50,965 bases of DNA from Ginglymostoma cirratum (taxonomy: Eukaryota). The stretch is from the NCBI GenBank assembly GCA_024137785.1, contig JAHRHZ010000032.1, forward strand, positions 13,453,768 to 13,504,732, written 5' to 3'. Position numbers and translations under genes: made by a program. Of this stretch, positions 25,334-36,489 are shown one piece after another. The notes beneath the pieces are model-generated. The model worked only from the letters and a program-made list of their open reading frames with translations. It did no database searches and was not told the DNA's origin. How positions within the stretch are numbered: position 1 is the first letter of the stretch; each line of letters opens with the position of its first letter.

Positions 25334-25388
25334 CTTGCAGCCAACAGCTGTAGAATGCAGCCGTCAGGAACTTTCTTGTCCAGCTCAT
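25334..25388 (-). CDS. Exon 1 (signal peptide) of a single-IgV type I membrane receptor
   Basis: ATG at 25388 reads MSWTRKFLTAAFYSCWLQ, then phase-1 donor G|GTAATT. An 83-nt intron joins in frame to the V exon, completing a hydrophobic leader (...WLQVVLQAAAAG). Confidence 0.8.
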
Positions 25389-25504
25389 CGGGAACCAACC
25401 CTGCACTCCCGTGTTGGAGCCACTGCAACTTAATCTCTGATTATCTGCAAACGATTCGTGTTTCTGCTCAGGTGGTGGTTAGAGGCAAAGCAGAGGCAAG
25501 CGAC

Positions 25505-25515
25505 GAAACGAAACT
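25505..25515. promoter_or_regulatory. ISRE/IRF-like element upstream of the Ig receptor ATG
   Basis: GAAACGAAACT (AGTTTCGTTTC on minus) about 117 bp 5' of the ATG in a locally CpG-richer region; a GATA site (AGATAA, minus) lies near 25441-25446. Confidence 0.45.
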
Positions 25516-25877
25516 GCCAAACCGCCTGCACTCACAATGGAAAAGACTGAGTGAGTAGGTAAGAGACCAGGGTTGATCGCCACTGGATGCAAAGCAAGGG
25601 GAATTAATGCCCAACCTCGCTGTTTGTAGTATGGCAACACTTAGTTCATGTACATCTTTTCTACGTGCAATATTATTTAATGGATTATTGCTTCCCTGTC
25701 GTGGAAGCTTCCATTCGATTTAATGAATGTTTAAAATTACGACCCCAAAATAAAGCCGGCAATTTACAGAAAGTTGCTTCATATAATGTACACTGAGATC
25801 TTTCACCATTTAGTGTTTGACACACTCGCTTCCCCCACCCCCAACAGGCTGTAGATTGCTCCAGACAGATATTTAAG

Positions 25878-25970
25878 GAGATAAAAGGTACTGCAGATGC
25901 TGGAGAATCCGAGATAACAAGCATGGGGCTGGATGAACACAGCAGGTCAAGCAGCATCATAGGAGCAGGA
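25878..25970 (-). mobile_element. PLE 3' terminal fragment (~93 bp)
   Basis: Reverse complement of window 21-113. Confidence 0.88.
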
Positions 25971-27149
25971 GCGCTGCTGACAACTACAGAAGGAATTCCT
26001 CAGAAGTTTGGGAAGATTCCTTCCGCTTTAGAGAAATCACAACTTATCTGCCTTTTTTTTGGGGAAGTTCTTCATTGGCAGAAATGACTTCAGTAGCTCC
26101 ACAAATCCTCATCCTACCCCCACCCAATTATTATTAAATAGCGCTGGAGAGAGAAATTCCTCGACTTGCTCGCGCGCTGAAAATTGTGATCAATGATTTC
26201 GTTAAAAACAGTTGAAGTCGAATTCGAACGATTGACATATCATTTATAAATTACAAAAGGTTATCGCGTGGAAATGTTAAAAATCAATTTACAAACCGCA
26301 GGGGAGGTGGAAACAGATTATTGGAGAATTAACTTTTAGAAACTTTTTTGGAAATCGGAGTTCAGGACAAGAATATAAATTTCCAAGTACTCATACTAAC
26401 GAATGAAATTATTTTTCAGAGGTGATGATAATTAGTAAATGCAAAGAGATTTCTAGTGAGCCTGACCAGACCGAGATGAGAAAGTCGAGCACCACTTGTA
26501 TCTGACAGCGAATGGAACGTAATCAAATTGGTGAAAAATAAGACTTTCAGCTCCTGAACATTTAAATTTACAAAGGATTGAGTTAAATGCATGCACTAGC
26601 TAAATATTTGGTTTGAGCTGCTGAGAGCAACGCTATGTGCCTATGACGTGTCACAATTCTATTCTGGAAAGGAAGTTGTGTTGCTCAGATGTTGCATCCT
26701 GCCAAAAGCACTAGTTGCTACATATCAGCAACACTCAACACCAGATTAATTGTTTTTTTTTGTCTGAAAGCTATTTCAGATTGCTAAGCAACTGTTTAAC
26801 TTTAAGCCTTCTTCATGGCAAACCACAAAAATTCACATTTCTAAATTCGGTAATAATTAAGAAATCCCAAAAGGATGAGCCACAACTGATGTGTTTAACA
26901 ACGTTAAGCCAGTACAAACCCCGAATAAGTTGAAATATCTCATTTGACCATTTCCACATTGGCTGCACTACAATGAATACATAATGGCCACTGCTTAATG
27001 TAATGCCACTGAATAGCAAGACATCTAACCAATTTATAGGCAAACATTCAGAAATGAGACAAGAAGGGGAAGGAGTAAGTACAAAGGATTTTACCGAAAA
27101 AACTTTAAAGAAAAATGGTGTATGAATATGCAAAGTAGCATTTTTAAAA

Positions 27150-27490
27150 TTCATTCGCAGGATGCGAATGTTGCTGGTTAGGGCAACAGTTATTGTCCAT
27201 CCTTAATTATCTCTGAGAAGGTGGTGATGAGCCATCTTGTCTTCTTGAACCGCGGCAGTCCATGCATTGTCGGTACATCCATAGTGCTGTTGGGGATGGA
27301 GTTCTAGAATTTTGACTCAGTAACAGTGAAGGAATTATTCTGCAACTCTTTTTTATTGCAAAAAAGTACTGTATTCATAAAAAAACTTTTTCATTAAAAA
27401 TATCAATATAGTTATGATTCAGGTTGGTGTGTTGCCTAGAGGGAAACTTGCATAAGGTGGTGTTCCCAAGCATTTGCTGTCATTGTTCCA
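27150..27490 (-). mobile_element. CR1/L2-like LINE 3' end
   Basis: Reverse complement carries GGTTCAAGAAG..CTCATCACCACCTTCTC and the shared SINE/LINE tail. Confidence 0.65.
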
Positions 27491-28001
27491 TGTTTCATCA
27501 GATTTTGTTCAGTAGCTTAATTATGCTGAACCCAAACTCATCAAGACACCTGATGGAATAGCAATGGGAAATAAAGCACTGAACATGTAAAAGAGGAACA
27601 GATATAATGGTCAAAAAATTCTATCCATCATTGTTCACAGATAAATTTGACAATTTCAGTGCATTTAGTTTAGTTAGCAATATCTTCACATTTAACAAAA
27701 GTCAAATTTTGTAGATGCAAATTTTTCATCAGAACTCTTTACATGCTTGTATATTTTGTGTAATCTTACAAAAACATGACAAATGTAGAGGTTGAAACAT
27801 ATTATAAATCAGTGACCATTGTTTAGTGAAAATGCATAAGGTGAACTTAAAAATGCAGAAATTCAAAAATACCTAATTTTTCTGATAACAACCCTTGGGA
27901 CAGATGGTCCAATAGTGGTAATATCACTGGTCTGATAATCTAGAGACACAGGCTAATGCTCTGAGGACATGGACTCAAATCCCACCTCAGTAGCTGGTGC
28001 A

Positions 28002-28480
28002 GGTCCAGATGTATCATGGCTTGGTACGGTAACTGCTCTGCCCAGGACTGCACGAGAACTACAGAGAGTTAGAACACAGCCCAGTCCATCATGCAAGCCA
28101 CCCTTCCATCCACTGTCCCTGTCTATACTTCTCACTGCCTCGGAAAGGTGGCCAACATAATCAAAAACATCACCCATCCCTCTTATAACCTCTTTCAATC
28201 TTTTCCGTTGTGCAGAAGATACAGAAGATTAAACACACAGACCAACAGATTCAAGAACAGCTTCTTCCCCGCTGTTATTAGACTTCTGAATGGACCTCTC
28301 ATATTTCAAATTTAATGCTGACCTTGCTCTTTGTGTATCTTCTCTGCAGCTGTAACATTGTATTCCTCGCTCTGTTCTATTACCCTTATTCAGTCTGTAT
28401 GGTATGATCCGCCTATACAATATGCAAAACAAAACTTTTCACCGTACTAGATGCATGAGACAATAATAAATCAAATCAAA
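28002..28480 (+). mobile_element. Rex1/Babar LINE 3' end
   Basis: WYGNCSAQD..LQRV, then YTSHCLGK..NIIK..THP..LF...RRYR..TNRFKNSFFPAVIRLLN; tail AATAAATCAAATCAAA. Confidence 0.8.
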
Positions 28481-28652
28481 GTTACAGTCAATTACTATAT
28501 ATCCGGAACTGAAAGCTGTCCTCATTAATGGTGACAATGAAAATATTATTGCTTGTTGCAAAAACACATTTTGTTCACTAATGGCCCTGAGGGAAGGAAA
28601 TCTTTTGGTCTACATGTGTCTCCAGCTCCACTACAATGTTGTTGACAATGTT

Positions 28653-28988
28653 GGGGGTAATGCGGTGGCTCAGTGGTTAGCACTGCTGCCTCATAGTGCC
28701 AGACACCCAGGTTCGATTCCACCCTCAGGCAACTGTCTGTGTGGAATTTGCACATTCTCCATGTGTCTGTGGGGCTTCCCTCTGGTTTCTTCCCCTAGTC
28801 CAAAGATGTGCAGGTTAGGTGGATTGGCCATGCTAAATTGTCCCTAGTGTCTAGGTGGATTAGCCATGGGAAATGCAAGGTTAACAGGGATAGGGAAGGG
28901 AGATGGGTCTGGGTGGGATGTTGTTTGGACAGTCAGAGTGGACTCGATGGGCTGAATGGCCTGCTTCCACACCAGAGGGATTCTGTGA
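28653..28988 (+). mobile_element. HE1-type V-SINE (full length)
   Basis: tRNA head with A box TGGCTCAGTGG (28666-28676) and B box GGTTCGATTCC (28710-28720), V-domain core and CR1-like tail. Confidence 0.88.
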
Positions 28989-29696
28989 AACTGCTGTCTG
29001 AAATTGTGGAGCAAACCACTCAGTTTAAGGAAAATAAAGATGTTCAACTGTCTTTGCCAGTGATGCCACTTCCCATGAAAGGAAAGAAAAAAAATTACTT
29101 GTCTGAAGTCAACAGAAAGCATGGAAATCAAAATGTTAATTGAGCAAAATATATAATACACCCTTGCTACCAGCCTAGAGAGTGTAATCCATGAGGTTGG
29201 GAGGATTTTTTCTTCATGATGATTCCAAACATAGAAGATATGCTTTCCACTTGAAACCTCATAACTGAATAGATTTGCTGAGGAAATGTGTTTCTATGGG
29301 AGCTAAGTAATACTAGCAATATGTCAAAAAGAAAAATTATGTGCAATGTATGTGGTGGCAAGTACTTATTGAATACAATTGCTTTTTTTCCCAAAGGTGT
29401 ACCTGTATCTCTGGGGTTGCAAATGGCTGATCTTATAAGAATTCTCAGCATCACATTCAGCTTTATCAGTATGACTTGAAGCTGACACCAGGGCAGATAT
29501 TCACACGCTAGAGGGATTTAGAAATTTAGAAAGGGAAACATACAATGAGTCACAAACATTAAATTGTCTGATTCTGGAACACATTGAGGTTAATAGCGTG
29601 TGGAAGTACAAAATTGAAAGTTTCTTGATCTCTACATTTTACAGGGGGTGTTAAAGATGGTTCCTAAGGAGAAACTTCATTGGTGAGCCCCTCTTT

Positions 29697-29856
29697 AGAA
29701 TTATAGAACCCCTACAGTGTGGAACCAGGCTCATCAATTCCACGCTGACCCTCTGAAGAGTATCACGCCCAGACACATCCCACTGTCCTATCCCTGTAAC
29801 CCTGCATTTCCCATAGCTAATCCACATGGCCTGCACATTCCTAGACACCATGGTAA
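29697..29856 (-). mobile_element. HE1-type SINE 3' fragment
   Basis: AGAACCCCTACAGTGTGGAA...CCCTGTAACCCTGCATTTCCC. Confidence 0.75.
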
Positions 29857-31273
29857 ATTTATCCCTGGTTTTGTTGTCATGGCATTACGTCTTTCCTTTC
29901 TACCATGCTCCGGGCACTGGCTTGAGAGTTGGGTGTAGGATGGTAGAAGAGTATAAAGACTAAGCAAAGCCTGCCTGGGACTAGAATGTAAATATTCCTT
30001 CTTTGAACACTTATCTCAACGTAAATCGTATATTCTTTAATTATTTTATCATCTGATTCCATTCGTAACATTAATTTAAATCCCGTTGGGGCTAAATTGG
30101 ATAGCTTACAAAATTGGATGCAGGCTGCAGTACTGAAAGAAGGTTAATGACCTCCAATGAGTGCTCAAAGTCAATGAACAATGTCTCATGTGCCATATCC
30201 TAGCATTGTACCAGTAGACTCTAATACAGCTCAATGCCTTATTTAGCAAGAAATCTTCTATAAATCATGTACTGAGTGAAGGGCAAAGCAGGAGAAAGAA
30301 ATCCTTCTGGTGGTAATTAAAGACAACAGCATTACAAGGGTGGAGTTCATAATCTTAATGTGAACCATCATGGTAAAGTTAAGTTGAGTTTGGGGTGTAC
30401 AGTATTTATGGCACTAAAATCATTGAAATAGCAGAGATGTTTGTACAAAAAGTGTTGGTAAATCAGAACTATATCGACATGCATCGATATGGGTGCAGGT
30501 TGTTTCTTAACGAGCAGAGATGCACACAAGAATGAATTTAGTGATGTATCATGTATTACATTATATAAAATACACACTACTGATCTTTGAATTCCAATTT
30601 AATACCTGGGAGCTTTGTGGAATGATTTTAAAAAGAGACCAAAAACATTGATTTAAAATGGCCACAGACATCATTTGATCCACAGAAGTTTGAACACAGA
30701 AGTTTTTTATGAAACCAACATGAATTAGGTCAAAGACCTAATCTGAGCTGAAACTGACTTATTTGCAATAAAACCAGTCATCAAACCCCTCCTCCGCTCC
30801 CCCCCACTGGCAGATGTCTAAAGGTCCTACCCTCCTCTTTGATTTATACCATTATAAGAATCTTCACATGTTGAAGATACACATCACCTACAATTATCAA
30901 ACTTGAACGTAATGAGCTTAGCAACTGGTATACACAACAAAGCTGCTTTCCAACAATTTTATTTTTCTCAGGGTTAGCAGGTAATAAAGATACCTTTGTT
31001 ACTCAAGACAAACTTGTGAGTGGCTACTTATGGAAATATTACAAATTAGTTAACTGCAGTAAGTCCAGAAGGCGTTAGTCATAAACCTTAACAACTTAAC
31101 CCTTCGGTGCAACAGACCAAGAAGATTGAAAAGAAGAAAGTTGGCTCAGCCCTGCTCATCTGGTCATAACACAGGAGGAGATAAAAGGTACTGCAGATGC
31201 TGGAGAATCCGAGATAACAAGGCGTGGGGCTGGATGAACACAGCAGGCCAAGCAGCATCATAGGAGCAGGAAA

Positions 31274-31309
31274 TCTTGACGTTTCGGGCCTAGACCCTTC
31301 ATCAGAAAT
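31274..31309 (-). ncRNA. Minimal type I hammerhead ribozyme motif in PLE terminal repeat
   Basis: Minus strand reads UUU-CUGAUGA-A-GGGUC-UA-GGCCC-GAAA-CGUC-AAG: conserved core, stem II, palindromic ACGU in place of stem III, GUC cleavage triplet. Confidence 0.8.
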
Positions 31310-31858
31310 GGGGGAGGGGAAGAGGGTTCTGAAATAAATTGGGAGAGAGGGGGAGGTGGAAAGAGGATGGATAGAGGAGAGGATAGGTGGAGAGGAGGCA
31401 GACAAGTCGAAGAGGCGGGGATGGAGCCAGTAAAGGTGAGTGTAGGTGGGGGGGTAGGGAGGAGATAGGTCAGTCCAGGGAGAACCGACAGGTCAAGGGG
31501 GCGGGATGATGTTAGTAGATAGGAGATGGGGGTGGGACTTGAGGTGGGAGGAGGGGATAGGTGAGAGGAAAAACAGGTTAGGGAGGTGGAGATGAGCTGG
31601 GCTGATTTAGGGATGCGGTTGGGGGAGGGGAGATTTTGAAGCTTGTGAAATCCACATTGATACCATTGGGCTGCAGGGTTCCCAGGCTGAATATGATTTG
31701 CTGTTCCTGCAGCCTTCGGGTGGCATCACTGTGGCATTGCAGGAGGCCCAGGATGGACGCGAACCATTTCAACTCCCCCTCCCATTCCTCAGACTAAACA
31801 ACTGCACATCCCAGTCGCGAACCATTTCAACTCCCCCTCCCATTCCTCAGACATCCCT

Positions 31859-33343
31859 ACCTAGGTCCGTGACACCACCCACGCCCTCCACCTCCTCCAG
31901 AACTTCCAATTCCCCGGTCCCCAACACCTCATTTTTACTATGGATGTCCAGTCCCTATACACCTGTATTCCCCATGCAGATGGCCTAAAGGCCCTCCGCT
32001 TCTTCCTGTCCCGCAGAACTGACCAATCCCCCTCCACCGACACCCTCATCCGCTTAGCCAAACTCGTCCTCACCCTCAACAACTTCTCTTTCAATTCCTC
32101 CCACTTCCTACAAAGGGGGTGGCCATGGGTACCCGCATGGGCCCAAGCTATGCCTGCCTCTTTGTAGGTTACGTGGAACAATCCGTCTTCCGTACCGACA
32201 CTGGCCCTAAACCCCACCTCTTCCTCCGTTACATTGATGACTGCATCGGCGCCGCCTCGTGCTCCCACGAGGAGCTCGAACAGTTCATCCACTTCACCAA
32301 CACCTTCCACCCCAACCTGAAGTTCACCTGGACCATCTCCAACACTTCTCTCTCCTTCCTGGACCTCTCTGTCTCCATCTCAGGTAACCACCTAGAAACC
32401 GATGTCCATTTCAAGCCCACTGACTCCCACAGCTACCTAGAATACACCTCCTCCCACCCACCTTCCTGCAAAAATGCCATCCCCTATTCCCAATTCCTTC
32501 GCCTCTGCCGCATCTGCTCAGGATGAGACATTCCACTCCCGTGCATCTCAGATGTCCTCATTCTTCAAGGACCGCAACTTCCCCCCCACAGTGGTCGAGA
32601 ACGCCCTTGACCGTGTCTCCCGCATTTCCTGTAACACATCCCTCACGCCCCGTCCCCGCAATAATAACCAAAAAAGAATCCCCCTCGTCCTCACGTACCA
32701 CCCCACCAACCTCTGGATCCAACGCATCATCCTCCGACACTTCCGCCATCTGCAATCAGACCCCACCACCAAAGACATTTTTCCCTCCCCACCCTTACCT
32801 GCCTTCCGGAGGAACCACTCCTTCTGCGACTCCCTTGTCCGCTCCACACTCCCCTCCAGCCCCACCACACCCCGCACTTTTCCCTGCAACCGCAGGAAGT
32901 GGTACACCTGCCCCCACACCTCCTCCCTCACCCCAATCCCAGACCCCAAGAAGACTTTCCACATCAGGCAGATGTTCACCTGCACATCTGCCAATGTGGT
33001 ATACTGCATCCGCTGTACCCGTTGTGGCTTCCTCTACATCGGGGAAACCGAGCGGAGGCTTGGGGACCGCTTTGCAGAACACCTGCGCTCAGTTCGCAAT
33101 AAACAACTGCACCTCCCAGTCGCAAACCGTTTCAACTCCCCCTCCCATTCCTCAGACGACATGTCCATCCTGGGCCTCCTGCAATGCCACAGTGATGCCA
33201 CCCGAAGGCTGCAGGAACAGCAAATCATATTCAGCCTGGGAACCCTGCAGCCCAATGGTATCAATGTAGATTTCACAAGCTTCAAAATCTCCCCTCCCCC
33301 AACTGCATCCCAAAATCAGCCCAGCTCATCTCCACCTCCCTAA
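31859..33343 (+). pseudogene. PLE RT + GIY-YIG endonuclease ORF, frameshifted near 32110 and 32520
   Basis: ORFs 31940-32167, 32119-32526 and 32474-33343 together give consecutive RT and EN motifs in different frames. Confidence 0.92.
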
Positions 33344-33594
33344 CCTGTTTTTCCTCCCACCTCAAATTCCACCCCCATCTCCTATCTACTAACATCATCC
33401 CGCCCCCTTGACCTGTCTGTCCTCCCTGGACTGACCTATCTCCTCCCTACCCCCCTACCTACACTCACCTTTACTGGCTCCATCCCCGCCTCTTCGACTT
33501 GTCTGCCTCCTCTCCACCTATCCTCTCCTCTATCCATCCTCTATCCGCCTCCCCCTCTCTCCCTATTTATTTCAGAACCCTCTTCCCCTCCCCC

Positions 33595-33630
33595 ATTTCT
33601 GATGAAGGGTCTAGGCCCGAAATGTCAAGC
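33595..33630 (+). ncRNA. Hammerhead motif copy in PLE 3' end
   Basis: CTGATGAAGGGTCTAGGCCCGAAATGTCAAG; CpG decay in the ACGT palindrome. Confidence 0.7.
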
Positions 33631-35309
33631 TTTCCTGCTCCTATGATGCTGCTTGGCCTGCTGTGTTCATCCAGCCCCACGCTTTGTTATAACACAGGGG
33701 GAACTGTTTTATCTTTTGATCTGCATTTAACTCTGAGTTGGATTGGGAGATGTTGGATGGTTCTGACTTACTTGAATAGTCACCCAGGAAAGATTAGAGG
33801 GCTTAAGACCAACTCCAACTCCTGAGTAACTATGGAACTGATCCCCTCCTGTGACCCAGCCTGATCGTCTCAACAACCTATGCCTATCTGAAACCTTTTT
33901 CCCTTGACACACTCTGATATACATCTGTCCTGACTCAAGCTAACCAATGAATTTCCCCAGAACCATTTGAAAACTCCCTGACCTCCCTGACCTGAATCCA
34001 TGACTCCCCATGGTCCAAACAGCCCCAAACTCACCACCTGACTCCTCCCTTGATCTGACCCAACTACTGCCTGACCCTGCCTACTCCTCACCCACCTCCC
34101 ACTTATCCCCACTTCACCTGCCACATCACCACTCTACCCACTTGCCACTCTACCCCGATACCAATCTGCCACCTTATGCATCTATAACCCACGCAACTGA
34201 ATCGCTACCAACCTAATAACCTACTCATCACCTCCATATTGACACGTCTACTTACCTAGGTATGATCCTATCCCACTGTCACCCTATCCCCTTACCTCAG
34301 CCTCTCCACCCCCTTACCCATTTACCTCTCTCACTCACACTCATTCATTCATTCAAATTAATATTGAATGGGAAATAAGAAATAAAAACTAATGACGCTG
34401 GGAATTATTAAGTAACAATGTTATTAAGTGAATAAATAAAAATGAGAAAAAACATTACATTTACAATGAGTCAATAAAAATATCATTAAATGTTTAAAAG
34501 AAACAGGAAAATATAAGCTATGTAATTTCTGAAAACATGCTACACAAGTTTCATGCAACTTACCTTGAGTTTCAATCCTTGTCCACTGCTGCCCTTTAAT
34601 GGACATTTCAAATTTTCAACTGTTGGTGAGAAAAGGGTATGGAATAATTCTCCTGTGCTGTGTTGAGGAGTATCTAACTTGAAGAGCTAGACACTTCAGC
34701 AAGCAGCCCGCTTTGGAACTGTGACCTAAGCAGGGAGATTTTCCGACAATTGGCAGTGATCAAAACAGTTCTGATGCCTATCTAAAGTTCTAGCCAATAT
34801 CTGTTGAAAGTAGTATTTCAAAGTAAGTAGCAAATAGTAAGTCAGTACACTTCAAGGAGACTGCAGTAGTAAGACAAGTGAACACAGGTCAAACTAGTAG
34901 GACTAATGGAAAGTTCTTTAGCTACAAGGTAATTAACTCATGGCTTGGCCATCTGAAAAATTTAAAATGGGAGCACCATTGCTCTTGTTATCATCAAAAT
35001 AGTTATTTCTACTCATTTCAAGGGGAAGTTCACCCAATAAGTGTGGATTAATGTTCAGACTTACGCATGCACATATACCCTCCAAGGCAGAAGATTTGTC
35101 TCAGTGATGGATAAAATAAGCCCTCCCAGCAGACTCAGGCCACCAGTAGAGGACCCAGACCCAACTGAAGATGCAGGTGAACAATCCTCTGTGCTCCACA
35201 AGTTAATTGCTACAATTTACTCACTGCAACCTCAAACTCACGGGGCCTTCACACAGTCTAATTCAGCTGCTATACAGCCATGCTGATTTCAGCTTCACAT
35301 GTTTTACAA

Positions 35310-36420
35310 TTAACAATACTATACAGGAACAGGCCCTTCGGCTCTCCAAACCTGCACTGATATATTTTGCCCTTCCACACTAAAACTGTCTTCATTTACA
35401 GGATCCATATCCTTCGATTCCCTTCCTACTCATGTATTCTTCTAGATGTTTCTTGAATGTTGCTATGGTGTCTACTTCCATAACCTCCTCTGGCAGCGCA
35501 ATCCAGGCACTCACGACCCTTTGTGTGAAAAACATGCCTCACACATCTCTTTTAAACTCTCCCCCCTCGCACCTTGAACCTGTAATAATTGATCCCTCCA
35601 CCCTGGGAAAAAGCTTCATACTTTCCACTCTATGCCATTCACAATCTTATAAACTTCTGTCAGGTCACCCCTCAACCTCCTGTGTTCCAGTGAAAACAAA
35701 CTCAGTCTATCCAACCTTTCTTCATAGCTAAAATGCCCCATACCAGGTAATATCCCGGTTAACCTTTTCTGTAACCTCTCCAAAACATCCACATCCTTCT
35801 GGTAGTGTAGTGACCAGAACTATACACAACATTCCAAGTGTGGCCTAACTAAAGTTCTACAAAGCTGCAGCATAACTTGCCTATCTGTATACTCAGTGCC
35901 GCTTCCAATGAAGGCAAGCATGCCATAGGCCTTTTTTTAACCACCTTAAATACCTGCGCTGCTGCCTTGATCTGTGGACCTGCACATGCACTCTGGGACC
36001 TCACTTGTGGCCAAAGAAGATAAAAAGATGCTGTCAATGCTCCAGCAATTTGTTCTCTTGCCTCGCACAATATTCTGGGATAGATCCCATGAGGACTCAG
36101 GGACTTTTCTAAATTAATACATTTTAAGATGCTGAACATCCTTCCTTTTTAATAGCAACTTGACTTAGAAATTCAACACTCCCTTCCCTGAGATTATCCT
36201 CCACCAATTGCTTCTCTTTGGTGAATACTCATGCAAAGTTTTCATTTGGGACCTCACCTGCCTCTTCTGGCTCCACACATAGATTCCCTTCTTTGTCCTT
36301 GAGTTGGCCAACTCTTTCTCTGGCTACCCTCTTGCTTTTTATATATGTATAAAAAGCCTTGATTGTGTTTGCAAATGACTTTTCATGACCCTTTCTAGCC
36401 CTCCTAATCCCTTGTTTAAG
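35310..36420 (-). mobile_element. CR1/HER1-type LINE 3' fragment
   Basis: ORF2 motif SPHGIYPRILCEAREQIAGAL and a typical CR1 3' end. Confidence 0.8.
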
Positions 36421-36489
36421 TTCTGATGTTTAATGATGTGTACTGAAAAGCTCATTACCACTTTATGTTCCAATATCTAATGCTTCCTT

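Larger units (their letters stand above)
27905..29095 (+). mobile_element. Same SINE family, split by Rex1 and HE1 insertions
   Basis: Head 27905-28000, middle ~28500-28650 and tail 28989-29095 are collinear with 8571-8885. Confidence 0.65.
31180..33690 (+). mobile_element. Penelope-like retroelement (Neptune-type), 5'-truncated, with inverted 3'-end copy upstream
   Basis: RT motifs MDVQSLYTCIPH, AMGTRMGPSYACLF and LRYIDD; linker Cys motif FPCNRRKWYTC; GIY-YIG NVVYCIRC..CGFLYIGET. 31180-31758 is the reverse complement of the 3' end. TSD ATAACACAGG(A/G)GGA at 31166-31179 and 33689-33702. Confidence 0.95.

Noticed and set aside
24721-25558. Plus-strand ORFs 24721-25083 and 25097-25558
   Set aside because: Antisense shadows of the Ig exons; no independent support.
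28660-28730. tRNA-like sequence with A and B boxes
   Set aside because: It is the head of an HE1 SINE, not a tRNA gene.
29877-30135. ORF containing TIYVEI (ITSM-like) behind a possible acceptor
   Set aside because: No associated Ig or TM exons found upstream in the window; a 6-aa motif can occur by chance.
30600-31171. Possible solo LTR ending CTGGTCATAACA
   Set aside because: Left boundary and TSD could not be identified.
32523-33285. Long alternative-frame and antisense ORFs over the PLE (e.g. 248 aa Pro/Ser-rich)
   Set aside because: Shadow ORFs caused by the C-rich strand bias of the element; no domain motifs.
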